From Bacillales bacterium UBA5732 (GTDB lineage Bacteria; Bacillota_I; Bacilli_A; Izemoplasmatales; Hujiaoplasmataceae), in the NCBI GenBank assembly GCA_002419445.1, contig DIGC01000073.1:1-42381 (forward strand): a stretch of DNA of 42,381 bases, read 5' to 3'. Numbering within the stretch: the first letter of the stretch is position 1; each line of letters opens with the position of its first letter. A model generated the notes under the pieces. It was not told the origin of the DNA and did not search any database. It saw nothing but the letters and a program-made list of their open reading frames with translations. The translations under genes were made by a program, and so were the position numbers. Positions 11,337 through 19,024 of this stretch are shown here, piece after piece.

Positions 11337-11769
11337 CAGAGAACAATCTAGAGAAGTAATCAATGAATTGTTGGTTGAAATATTTAACCGTATTTTAGCG
11401 ATTGAAGGACAGAACCTTAAAGATAAAGGTATCAAATTATCGATGAGTGAAGTTCATGTTATTGAAGCAATCAAAGTTGTTGATGAACCAACAATGTCTA
11501 ATGTCGCAAAAAAATTAGGTATTACTATCGGTTCTTTAACAACTTCAATTAACACCTTATTTCAAAAAGGTTACGTTACACGGGAAAGAGATAGTGAAGA
11601 TCGCCGAAAAGTAGTTGTTGGCTTACTTCCTAAAGCTCTTGATGTATTATCTGAACATGATGCTTTTCATAAAGAGATGATTGATTCTGTTTTTCTTGAT
11701 TTAGAACTAGAAAAAGATGAATTACTTATAGAATCATTAGAAAAGCTCTCTTCTTATTTTAAAAAATAA
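11323..11769 (+). CDS. MarR-family transcriptional regulator, FabT-like
   Basis: 148 aa with a wHTH (MSNVAKKLGITIGSLTTSINTLFQKGYVTRERDSEDRRKV). TTG start overlaps degV by 14 nt. Size and motif pattern resemble streptococcal FabT, from memory and not searched. Confidence 0.75.
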   Translation: MKKYNREQSREVINELLVEIFNRILAIEGQNLKDKGIKLSMSEVHVIEAIKVVDEPTMSNVAKKLGITIGSLTTSINTLFQKGYVTRERDSEDRRKVVVGLLPKALDVLSEHDAFHKEMIDSVFLDLELEKDELLIESLEKLSSYFKK

Positions 11770-11778
11770 ATAGTAATA

Positions 11779-11811
11779 AAAAAAAATAACGGAATTTTCC
11801 GTTATTTTTTT
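11779..11811. terminator. Bidirectional rho-independent terminator between the MarR gene and the ferredoxin gene
   Basis: A9-TAACGG-AATTTT-CCGTTA-T7, a stem flanked by an A-run and a T-run, between convergent genes. Confidence 0.8.
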
Positions 11812-11813
11812 AT

Positions 11814-11984
11814 TTAGTCAGCGATAACGATGCAATCTACAGGGCAGTTTGCTTCACAAACACCACAATCGATGCAAGCGTCTTGATCAATCACGTAGAT
11901 ATCACCTTCAGCGATACAATCTACTGGACAATTTTCTTTACAAGTTCCACAAGCAATGCAAGTGTCTAAAATAACTCTAGGCAT
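11814..11984 (-). CDS. 2x[4Fe-4S] clostridial-type ferredoxin (56 aa)
   Basis: Not in the ORF track because it is under 60 aa. My translation: MPRVILDTCIACGTCKENCPVDCIAEGDIYVIDQDACIDCGVCEANCPVDCIVIAD. It has two CxxCxxCxxxCP motifs. AAGGAGGA lies 6 nt upstream (11991-11998 on the + strand). Confidence 0.9.
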   Translation of the reverse strand: MPRVILDTCIACGTCKENCPVDCIAEGDIYVIDQDACIDCGVCEANCPVDCIVIAD

Positions 11985-12088
11985 TATATTTCCTCCTTAT
12001 TAAGAAACTTTTATATACATATATATTTTAACAACGATATCAATTTTTGTAAATATAAAATAAAAATTTAACTATTAAAATATTATTC

Positions 12089-12117
12089 TTGAAATACCTG
12101 CTTTTCTTTGATAAAAT
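12089..12117 (+). promoter_or_regulatory. Sigma-A promoter of yneF (TTGAAA-17-TAAAAT, extended TG)
   Basis: TTGAAA at 12089-12094, a 17-nt spacer ending in TGA, and TAAAAT at 12112-12117. Confidence 0.65.
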
Positions 12118-12147
12118 ATCTATGTTGTTTAAAGGGGTGTGATTAGG

Positions 12148-12363
12148 ATGGAATTATGGTTAGCAATTGTTTTAATAGTAGTAGCGCTATTAGGCGGTGC
12201 TGTTAGTGGCTTTTTTATCGCAAGAAATTATTTTAAAAAATATCTTGAAAAAAACCCACCTATCAATGAACAAATGATCAGAGCAATGATGTCTCAGATG
12301 GGTAGAAAACCTTCTGAAAAACAAGTAAGACAAGTCATGGCTTCGATGCAACAAAATAAATAA
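12148..12363 (+). CDS. yneF: UPF0154 small membrane protein YneF
   Basis: One N-terminal TM segment followed by [29 protein letters not shown], typical of YneF. I prefer ATG at 12148 over the track GTG at 12139. Confidence 0.85.
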   Translation: MELWLAIVLIVVALLGGAVSGFFIARNYFKKYLEKNPPINEQMIRAMMSQMGRKPSEKQVRQVMASMQQNK

Positions 12364-12366
12364 AAA

Positions 12367-12395
12367 ATGGTTCCGTTATGGAACCATATTTTTTT
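12367..12395. terminator. Bidirectional terminator between yneF and plsY
   Basis: ATGGTTCC-GTTAT-GGAACCAT perfect 8-bp stem (12367-12387), with an A-run before it and a T-run after it. It touches the plsY stop codon. Confidence 0.8.
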
Positions 12396-13023
12396 ACACT
12401 TTTTTCTTTCTAAAACTAACTTTGTTTTCAGTCCCTTTAAAAATTCTGACATAATTTGTGCGGTGTTTGAATATGATTAATAACATTAATAATCCGGTGA
12501 TTATCAAGTACTCAACTCCGATAACATCAGGTTGAACATTAAATATAAATAAAATTACACCAGTAAGAAAAGCGCAGACTGTGACGATTGTTGATGCCAG
12601 TGAAGCGTATTTTGAAATAGCGACGGTTACGATGAATACTGGTAATAATAAAACCGGAATCGGCCAGAAGTAGAAAATTAGCATTCCAAAAGAAGAAGCC
12701 ACACCCTTACCGCCTTTAAATTTCATCCAAACAGGATAAATATGTCCAATTACTGCGATTGAACCATAAATCAACGGGTGAAACATATCGACTTCAAACC
12801 AGTTATTACTAACCGCTAAAACCAGTAGCCCACTTTTTAAGGTGTCAAGGATTAATACTGCTACACCGATGATTGCGCCAAAAACTCTAAAAGCGTTGGT
12901 AGTACCTAAATTGCCGCTTCCATGTTTACGGAGGTCATCTTTCTTTACGTATTTTCCGATGATATATGAGAACGGAATTGATCCGATAAGATAGGCTATT
13001 AAAATAAATAAGTATTTAAACAT
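12394..13023 (-). CDS. plsY: Glycerol-3-phosphate acyltransferase PlsY (acyl-phosphate dependent)
   Basis: GSIPFSYIIG and GSGNLGTTN motifs; multi-TM. The track start at 13137 is an extension. ATG at 13023 (MFKYLF) is preceded by GGAGGT. Confidence 0.9.
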   Translation of the reverse strand: MFKYLFILIAYLIGSIPFSYIIGKYVKKDDLRKHGSGNLGTTNAFRVFGAIIGVAVLILDTLKSGLLVLAVSNNWFEVDMFHPLIYGSIAVIGHIYPVWMKFKGGKGVASSFGMLIFYFWPIPVLLLPVFIVTVAISKYASLASTIVTVCAFLTGVILFIFNVQPDVIGVEYLIITGLLMLLIIFKHRTNYVRIFKGTENKVSFRKKKV

Positions 13024-13045
13024 GATATACCTCCAACTTTTAAAG

Positions 13046-13054
13046 ATTATACCA
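13046..13054 (-). promoter_or_regulatory. Extended -10 element (TGGTATAAT) for plsY
   Basis: The reverse complement of 13046-13054 reads TGGTATAAT, about 25 nt upstream of the plsY start. Confidence 0.5.
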
Positions 13055-13092
13055 AAAAAATATGAAAAAATAAAGATAAAACTACTAAAATT

Positions 13093-13101
13093 TGTTATAA
13101 T
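13093..13101 (+). promoter_or_regulatory. Extended -10 element (TGTTATAAT) for parE-parC
   Basis: TGnTATAAT at 13093-13101, about 30 nt upstream of the parE ATG. The -35 is weak. Confidence 0.5.
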
Positions 13102-13129
13102 AAATATAGACTTATCAAGGAGCGAGATT

Positions 13130-15070
13130 ATGGACATAAAAGACTACAAATATGATTCTAAATCCATCCAAATTTTAGAAGGCTTAGAAGCTGTCAGAAA
13201 GCGACCAGGAATGTATGTCGGTTCTACGGACACTAGAGGCCTTCATCATTTAGTATGGGAAATCATTGATAATTCCATCGATGAAGTTTTAGCGGGTTTT
13301 GGCACCCTAATAAAAATTGAAGTTAAAGAAGACAATTCGATTGTTGTGACTGATGATGGCCGAGGGATGCCCGTGGATTTACACTCTTCTGGTGTGACAG
13401 GTGTTGAAGTCATTTTTACCAAATTACACGCTGGTGGTAAATTTTCCGCCGATGGAGCTTACAAAGTTGCTGGTGGACTTCACGGTGTTGGCGCTTCAGT
13501 TGTAAACGCCCTTAGTGAATTTTTGCAAGTTACTATTCATCGCGATGGCAAAATGTACATGATGCGTTTCGAAGATGGCGGTAAAAAGGTTAAGGAACTA
13601 GAAATCATTGGCGAAACCCGAAAAACAGGCACTGAGGTTTGGTTTAAACCAGATCAAAAAATATTTTCAACCACTTTATTCAATTATCAGACTTTAGAGG
13701 AAAGAATTAGAGAAAGCGCCTTTTTAATCAGAGGCTTAAAAATGCACCTAATTGATTATCGTTCAAAACAAAGACAAACCTTTGTTTATGAAAAAGGTAT
13801 CAAAGAGTATGTGCAATATATTGACAAAGCAAAAGGTCCGCTTCATGAACCGGTCTATTTTTATGGAACCCAATCAAAAATTGAAGTAGAAGTTGCCTTT
13901 GGTTACACAAAAGCTTTTAATGAAAATATCATTTCTTTCGTAAACAATGTCAGAACAAAAGACGGCGGGACCCATGAAACGGGTTTTAAATCAGCCTTTA
14001 CGAAGATTTTTAACGATTATGCTCGAAGAATGAACTTAATGAAAGAGCGAGATGCTTCTCTGGAAGGGACACATGTCCGCGAAGGTTTGACTGCGATAAT
14101 TTCATTAAGAGTCCCGGAAAATCTTTTGCAATTTGAGGGACAAACTAAAAATAAATTAGGATCACCGGAAGCACGCCCTGCCGTTGAAGTTGTTGTTTCA
14201 GATAAACTTAATGTTTATTTGACTGAAAATCCAAAAATTGCTTCCACTTTAATTGAAAAAGCTCTTGATGCGAGAAACGCTTGGGAAGCTGCTAGAAAAG
14301 CTCGTGATGATGCTAGATTAGTAAAGAAAATCAAAAAAAGTGAAACTATTCTTTCAGGAAAGTTAGCTCCTGCTAGTTCCAAAAATAGTGAAATCAAGGA
14401 ATTATTCTTAGTTGAAGGCGACTCTGCTGGGGGTTCCGCCAAACAAGGTAGAGACCGAGTATTTCAAGCAATTTTGCCTTTAAGAGGAAAAGTTATAAAC
14501 GCAGAAAAACAAAGAATGGATGAGGTTTTCAAAAACGAAGAAATTTCAACGATTATTTCCACGATTGGTGCTGGAATTGGCAGCGAATTTGATGTAACAA
14601 AATCAAACTATAATAAAGTTATCATCATGACCGATGCCGATACTGACGGAGCGCATATTCAAGTGCTATTAATCACTTTCTTCTTTAGATATATGCCAGA
14701 ACTAATCGAATCAGGTAAACTTTATCTTGCTCAACCGCCACTTTATAAAATCACTTCCAGTAAGAAGGATTTTACCTATGCTTGGGATGAGGAACAAAGG
14801 GAAGCGATTTGTCGAAAATATAAAACATATACAATCCAAAGATATAAAGGTCTTGGAGAAATGAATTCCGCCCAATTATGGGAAACAACCATGGATCCAA
14901 AATCTAGAACCTTGATTCAGGTCAGAATTGAGGATTTCGCTGAAGCTGATCAACGCATTTCCGTGTTAATGGGAGATAAGGTTGAGCCAAGAAAAGAATG
15001 GATTGATGCTAATGTTTCTTTTGAAAACGAAGATGATGATTTTATGATTGAAGGTGTTATCGGTGGCTAA
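13130..15070 (+). CDS. parE: DNA topoisomerase IV subunit B
   Basis: ILEGLEAVRKRPGMYVGS, GHKL ATPase, TOPRIM EGDSAGG, PLRGK. ATG at 13130 follows AAGGAG. I call it ParE from yneF-plsY-parE-parC synteny and from the partner lacking a GyrA box. Confidence 0.85.
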   Translation: MDIKDYKYDSKSIQILEGLEAVRKRPGMYVGSTDTRGLHHLVWEIIDNSIDEVLAGFGTLIKIEVKEDNSIVVTDDGRGMPVDLHSSGVTGVEVIFTKLHAGGKFSADGAYKVAGGLHGVGASVVNALSEFLQVTIHRDGKMYMMRFEDGGKKVKELEIIGETRKTGTEVWFKPDQKIFSTTLFNYQTLEERIRESAFLIRGLKMHLIDYRSKQRQTFVYEKGIKEYVQYIDKAKGPLHEPVYFYGTQSKIEVEVAFGYTKAFNENIISFVNNVRTKDGGTHETGFKSAFTKIFNDYARRMNLMKERDASLEGTHVREGLTAIISLRVPENLLQFEGQTKNKLGSPEARPAVEVVVSDKLNVYLTENPKIASTLIEKALDARNAWEAARKARDDARLVKKIKKSETILSGKLAPASSKNSEIKELFLVEGDSAGGSAKQGRDRVFQAILPLRGKVINAEKQRMDEVFKNEEISTIISTIGAGIGSEFDVTKSNYNKVIIMTDADTDGAHIQVLLITFFFRYMPELIESGKLYLAQPPLYKITSSKKDFTYAWDEEQREAICRKYKTYTIQRYKGLGEMNSAQLWETTMDPKSRTLIQVRIEDFAEADQRISVLMGDKVEPRKEWIDANVSFENEDDDFMIEGVIGG

Positions 15071-17759
15071 ATCAATTAAAAAGAAACTAGATGAATATCT
15101 AGAAGAAAAAATTATTCCGATAAATTTAGAAGAACTAGTTGGTGAAAGATTCGGAAGATATTCAAAATACATCATTCAAGACCGAGCTCTTCCTGATGTT
15201 AGAGATGGTTTAAAACCAGTGCAAAGAAGAATTCTTTTTGCAATGAACGAACTTGGTATGGGGTCAACTAAACCTTACAAAAAAAGTGCGAGAATTGTTG
15301 GCGAAGTCATCGGTAAATACCATCCTCACGGTGATACAAGCGTTTATGATGCGATGGTAAGAATGTCTCAACAGTGGAAATTAGGTACCCTTTTAATCGA
15401 TATGCACGGAAACAACGGATCCGTCGATAACGACCCTGCTGCAGCGATGCGTTACACAGAAGCTAGACTTACGGTATTCGCTGAAGCTCTATTAAAAGAC
15501 ATCGATAAAAAAACAGTAACATTTGTCCCTAATTTTGATGACTGTGAACTTGAACCTGTGGTTTTGCCTGCTAAGTTTCCTAACCTCTTGGTAAATGGTG
15601 CTCAAGGTATGGCTACTGGTTACGCTACTAACATCCCGCCGCATAATTTAAGCGAAGTTTTACGCGCTACAATTTATAAAATTAAAAATCCACAGGCTGA
15701 TATCGACGATTTAATAAAAATCATCCCCGGGCCTGATTTTCCTACTGGCGCTATAGTTGAAGGCACTAAGGAAATAAGAAAAGCTTTTATGACCGGAAAA
15801 GGTAAAATTGTCGTTAAAGCTAAAGCGGAAATAGACGATACTTCTTTAGTGATAACGGAAATACCTTATGAAGTCAATAAGGCTGATTTGGTACGCCGAA
15901 TTGATGAAATTCGTTTACAAAAGAAAATTGATGGAATTTTGGAAGTCAACGATTTATCCGATCGAGAAGGTATTAGAATCTCCATTAAAATAAAGAAAGA
16001 GATTTCTTCTGAAGTCATTCTCGCTTATTTATATAAAAACACCGATTTAAGTGTTGCTTATAATTATAATCTTGTGGCTATTAGCCAAAGAAGTCCAAAA
16101 TTATTATCCATTGATGAAATTTTAACTCAATATATCCAACATCAGAAAGAAATGATAAGAAATCGCTCTAATTATGAATTAACGCAAACAGAAAAACGCC
16201 AACATATCGTACTTGGTTTCTTGAAAATGGTTTCTGTACTTGATGAAGTCATAACTATTATCAGAGGTTCTCTAGGAAAAAAAGACGCCATCAACAATTT
16301 AATTAATCGCTTTGAATTTACTGAAGTTCAAGCTGACGCCATTGTTTCTTTACAATTGTATCGTTTGTCTACAACGGATGTCACGCAGATGAAAAAAGAA
16401 AACCAAGAACTAAGTGAAACAATAAGATTATTAGAAAAAATACTTAGTAATGAAATTGAATTAGAAAACGCTGTTGTTCAAGAACTTGAAGAAATCTTAA
16501 ATGCTTACCCGGTTCCAAGAAGAACAGTTATTTCTGGTCAAATTCAAAAAGTAGAAATTGATGAACAAGAATTGATTGAAAACGAAAACGTTATGTTTGT
16601 AATTTCAAAAGACGGCTATATCAAACGATCATCATTGAAATCATATCAAGCAACCACTACTGAAACTGGTTTAAAAGAAGGCGACATTATTCTTAAACAG
16701 ACTGAAGTTAACACTAGAAACACGTTGCTTTTCTTTACTAATTTCGGTAATTTTATCGCAATTCCCGTTCATAAAGTCCCAGATTTGAAATATCGCGATT
16801 TAGGTGATTACATTGGTAACTATGCACAATTAGTTGATAAAGAAGTGATTATCGATTATTTGGTAGTTGATGAATTTGATGAGGAAAGAGATATTTTAGT
16901 CGCTAACCAAGACGGCCAGATAAAACGCGTATTGCTCTCAGAATTCCAAAAAACAAGAATTAATCGATCTTTTAATTGTTTACCTGCAAATCGTTTAAAT
17001 CAATTGGTGAGTGTCGATTTAAGAGAAACATTTGATAAAGACATAGTCATCGCAACCGAAAATGGTTTTCTATTAAAATATCCTCTAGAAGAGGTTGCGA
17101 TTCAATCCTTAAATGCCAAAGGCGTTAAAGGCATTAACCTTCGCGATGATAAGGTCGTAGGTGCAAAGTTCACTACCAACATCAATAAAGATGAAATATT
17201 AATGTTGACAAATAGAGGCGGTTTAAAAAGAGAGTTTGTCGCAAATATTGATTATAGTCACCGTCCGGCAAAAGGAAAACGCTACTTAAAAACAGTTCAA
17301 AGTAATCCTTATCGTTTTGTTGGCATGAGTGCCGAAAATATTTTCAGGTTAAAAGATTGTTTAACAGTTCGATTGTTAGCGAAAAATAGTGTTTTGACGA
17401 TTAAAGGTTCGGAATTAAAACCAGATCGTTTTGAAAATGGAATACCTTATTTAGAGAAGGCGCATCAACCTTTGAAAGTCATGATCGAAATCAATAACTA
17501 TCATGAAAATAAGAACGTTTTAGTTGATTTGATTGATGTTGTTGAAACTGAAGAAGTCGAAGAAGATAATGAAGTTATGAACGAATTAGCTAAAATCATA
17601 TCTGGATCTAATTCTGAAGAAATAGTTAACGAAGAAGAAAGAACCACAAAGAGTCGTTTTTATGAAGAAGACGATGAGATTGAGGAAGATAAAGAAGATA
17701 TAGAAGACAAAGAAGATGAAGATTTAGATGACTTTGTTGTCCAACAAACCTTATTTTAA
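15048..17759 (+). CDS. parC: DNA topoisomerase IV subunit A with a long acidic C-terminal tail
   Basis: RALPDVRDGLKPVQRRIL and the active-site AAMRYTE. No QRRGGKG GyrA box after GYIKR. The start is uncertain (TTG 15048, GTG 15054 or GTG 15063). Confidence 0.85.
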   Translation: MKVLSVAKSIKKKLDEYLEEKIIPINLEELVGERFGRYSKYIIQDRALPDVRDGLKPVQRRILFAMNELGMGSTKPYKKSARIVGEVIGKYHPHGDTSVYDAMVRMSQQWKLGTLLIDMHGNNGSVDNDPAAAMRYTEARLTVFAEALLKDIDKKTVTFVPNFDDCELEPVVLPAKFPNLLVNGAQGMATGYATNIPPHNLSEVLRATIYKIKNPQADIDDLIKIIPGPDFPTGAIVEGTKEIRKAFMTGKGKIVVKAKAEIDDTSLVITEIPYEVNKADLVRRIDEIRLQKKIDGILEVNDLSDREGIRISIKIKKEISSEVILAYLYKNTDLSVAYNYNLVAISQRSPKLLSIDEILTQYIQHQKEMIRNRSNYELTQTEKRQHIVLGFLKMVSVLDEVITIIRGSLGKKDAINNLINRFEFTEVQADAIVSLQLYRLSTTDVTQMKKENQELSETIRLLEKILSNEIELENAVVQELEEILNAYPVPRRTVISGQIQKVEIDEQELIENENVMFVISKDGYIKRSSLKSYQATTTETGLKEGDIILKQTEVNTRNTLLFFTNFGNFIAIPVHKVPDLKYRDLGDYIGNYAQLVDKEVIIDYLVVDEFDEERDILVANQDGQIKRVLLSEFQKTRINRSFNCLPANRLNQLVSVDLRETFDKDIVIATENGFLLKYPLEEVAIQSLNAKGVKGINLRDDKVVGAKFTTNINKDEILMLTNRGGLKREFVANIDYSHRPAKGKRYLKTVQSNPYRFVGMSAENIFRLKDCLTVRLLAKNSVLTIKGSELKPDRFENGIPYLEKAHQPLKVMIEINNYHENKNVLVDLIDVVETEEVEEDNEVMNELAKIISGSNSEEIVNEEERTTKSRFYEEDDEIEEDKEDIEDKEDEDLDDFVVQQTLF

Positions 17760-17775
17760 AAGGAAGAAGATATAT

Positions 17776-18999
17776 ATGAAAAAAATATTATTAATCTTAT
17801 TTTTATCAACAACTCTCATCGGTTGTAATTTTACTCCAGAAACGACAACGGCAGAGCTGGTACTAGTTGATACAACAAACTATTTGGAAATAACAACTGT
17901 CGAAGAACTAAAAAATATCGAAATGAACAAATCCTATATTTTGATGAATAACTTGGATTTAACTGGTGAAGAATGGGTGCCGCTGGGCACATATCGTGAA
18001 CCTTATCTTGGCAACTTCGATGGTAATGGCATGACCATATCTAACTTAACCATTTCAATCGACAATCAGTATAATGGATTATTTGGGTATGTCAATGGGC
18101 AAGTTAATGATTTAAAAATCATTGACTTTGCAATAGATTATGAAGCTAAACTAATCACTTTTGCCGGTGGGTTAGCAGGAGCGATATCTGGGCATGCATA
18201 TAATATTGAAGTTAGTGGGAATATTCAAATTGAAAACACAAGATCAAATACCTATGTAGGCCTTCTTGTCGGAATGTCTGTGAAAATGGATGAAAGTTCT
18301 GCAATCGCAAATTTTATTCCGGTTATTATCAACAATAATCAATCTTCTGGAATCATTAATGTAGTTGGCGAGAGAATGATTTTTGCCGGTGGATTAATCG
18401 GTAAAAGTTTTAACAGTAGAGTCTACGACAATTTAGCCGATTCGACAATTGACGTTGTAGCCAATAATTCTAGTGCGGCAGTAGGTGGATTAATCGGGCA
18501 TAATTATAGCGGTTTAAGTTCAGGTTATGAAGCAGAAAGAATCGCATTGAATATTGCCGTCTATAATAATATTTCTAATTCAACAATTAACTCCCAAGCT
18601 ATCGACTATATTCTGTATACTGGCGGTTTAATAGGTTATAATTATTTCGGATATCTTTATGATAATTTTTCAGCTACTGATATTGTCTCCGACGGCAAAG
18701 AAAACTGTGTCGGATTATTGATTGGCGAAGATTGGCATAGCGATATCCAAAATGTAGTCGTTATTGGTGAAATTAATGGACTTATTCAAGAAGACGGGAC
18801 TTACCATTTGGGCGCTTTTGTCGGTAGAAGTTTTGGCGTTTCTTCTGTAATTTCCAGTCATTGGTATGAAGATTCTCAACAATTCAGTGATATGGAAGGA
18901 TATGTTGATTTCGCTGACTTATCAAATGTTACATGGTATGAATTTGCCCTTGAATGGGATATAGATTTTATTAATAAACTTATCGGTTTTATCGAATAA
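17776..18999 (+). CDS. Surface lipoprotein with GLUG-motif repeats
   Basis: MKKILLILFLSTTLIGC has a lipobox (LIGC). About seven repeats of the G-L-x-G type: FAGGLAGAISG, FAGGLIGKSF, AVGGLIGHNY, YTGGLIGYNY, CVGLLIGEDW. The N-terminal FDGNGMTISNL module is typical of GLUG proteins. The track start at 17728 lies inside parC. Confidence 0.75.
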   Translation: MKKILLILFLSTTLIGCNFTPETTTAELVLVDTTNYLEITTVEELKNIEMNKSYILMNNLDLTGEEWVPLGTYREPYLGNFDGNGMTISNLTISIDNQYNGLFGYVNGQVNDLKIIDFAIDYEAKLITFAGGLAGAISGHAYNIEVSGNIQIENTRSNTYVGLLVGMSVKMDESSAIANFIPVIINNNQSSGIINVVGERMIFAGGLIGKSFNSRVYDNLADSTIDVVANNSSAAVGGLIGHNYSGLSSGYEAERIALNIAVYNNISNSTINSQAIDYILYTGGLIGYNYFGYLYDNFSATDIVSDGKENCVGLLIGEDWHSDIQNVVVIGEINGLIQEDGTYHLGAFVGRSFGVSSVISSHWYEDSQQFSDMEGYVDFADLSNVTWYEFALEWDIDFINKLIGFIE

Positions 19000-19024
19000 A
19001 ATTTTTAAAAAGGAGGAAATGAAT

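Noticed and set aside
12001-12045. AT-rich segment (ACTTTTATATACATATATATTTTAACAACG) that vaguely resembles a dif/Xer site next to the Topo IV genes
   Set aside because: I could not align two 11-nt Xer arms around a 6-nt spacer with the Firmicute or E. coli dif consensus. The resemblance is explained by AT-rich promoter DNA of the ferredoxin gene.
12122-12142. Six-codon mini-ORF (ATG TTG TTT AAA GGG GTG TGA) in the yneF leader, considered as a leader peptide
   Set aside because: It has no RBS and no associated alternative hairpins. It overlaps the yneF RBS and is most likely fortuitous.
13022-13137. Overlapping N-terminal extensions of parE (from 13022) and plsY (to 13137) in the ORF track. 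Similar extensions occur at 1929 (ybeY), 17728 (lipoprotein), 23549 (relA), 25728 (dtd), 26530 (hisS) and 29513 (tcdA).
   Set aside because: The extensions run through the divergent promoter region, through upstream genes or through terminator hairpins. Internal starts with GGAGG-type RBSs give the canonical conserved N-termini.
17530-17730. Purine-rich GAAGAAGA-type stretch at the parC 3' end, considered as a tandem-repeat or VNTR locus
   Set aside because: There is no fixed repeat unit or period. The pattern is codon-level Glu/Asp bias (GAA/GAT/GAG) within an intact reading frame.
13130-17759. Alternative call of this gene pair as DNA gyrase (gyrB-gyrA)
   Set aside because: The A subunit lacks the GyrA box (QRRGGKG) after the GYIKR strand. 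The pair also lies in the yneF-plsY-parE-parC arrangement known from Bacillus. Only phylogeny would be decisive.
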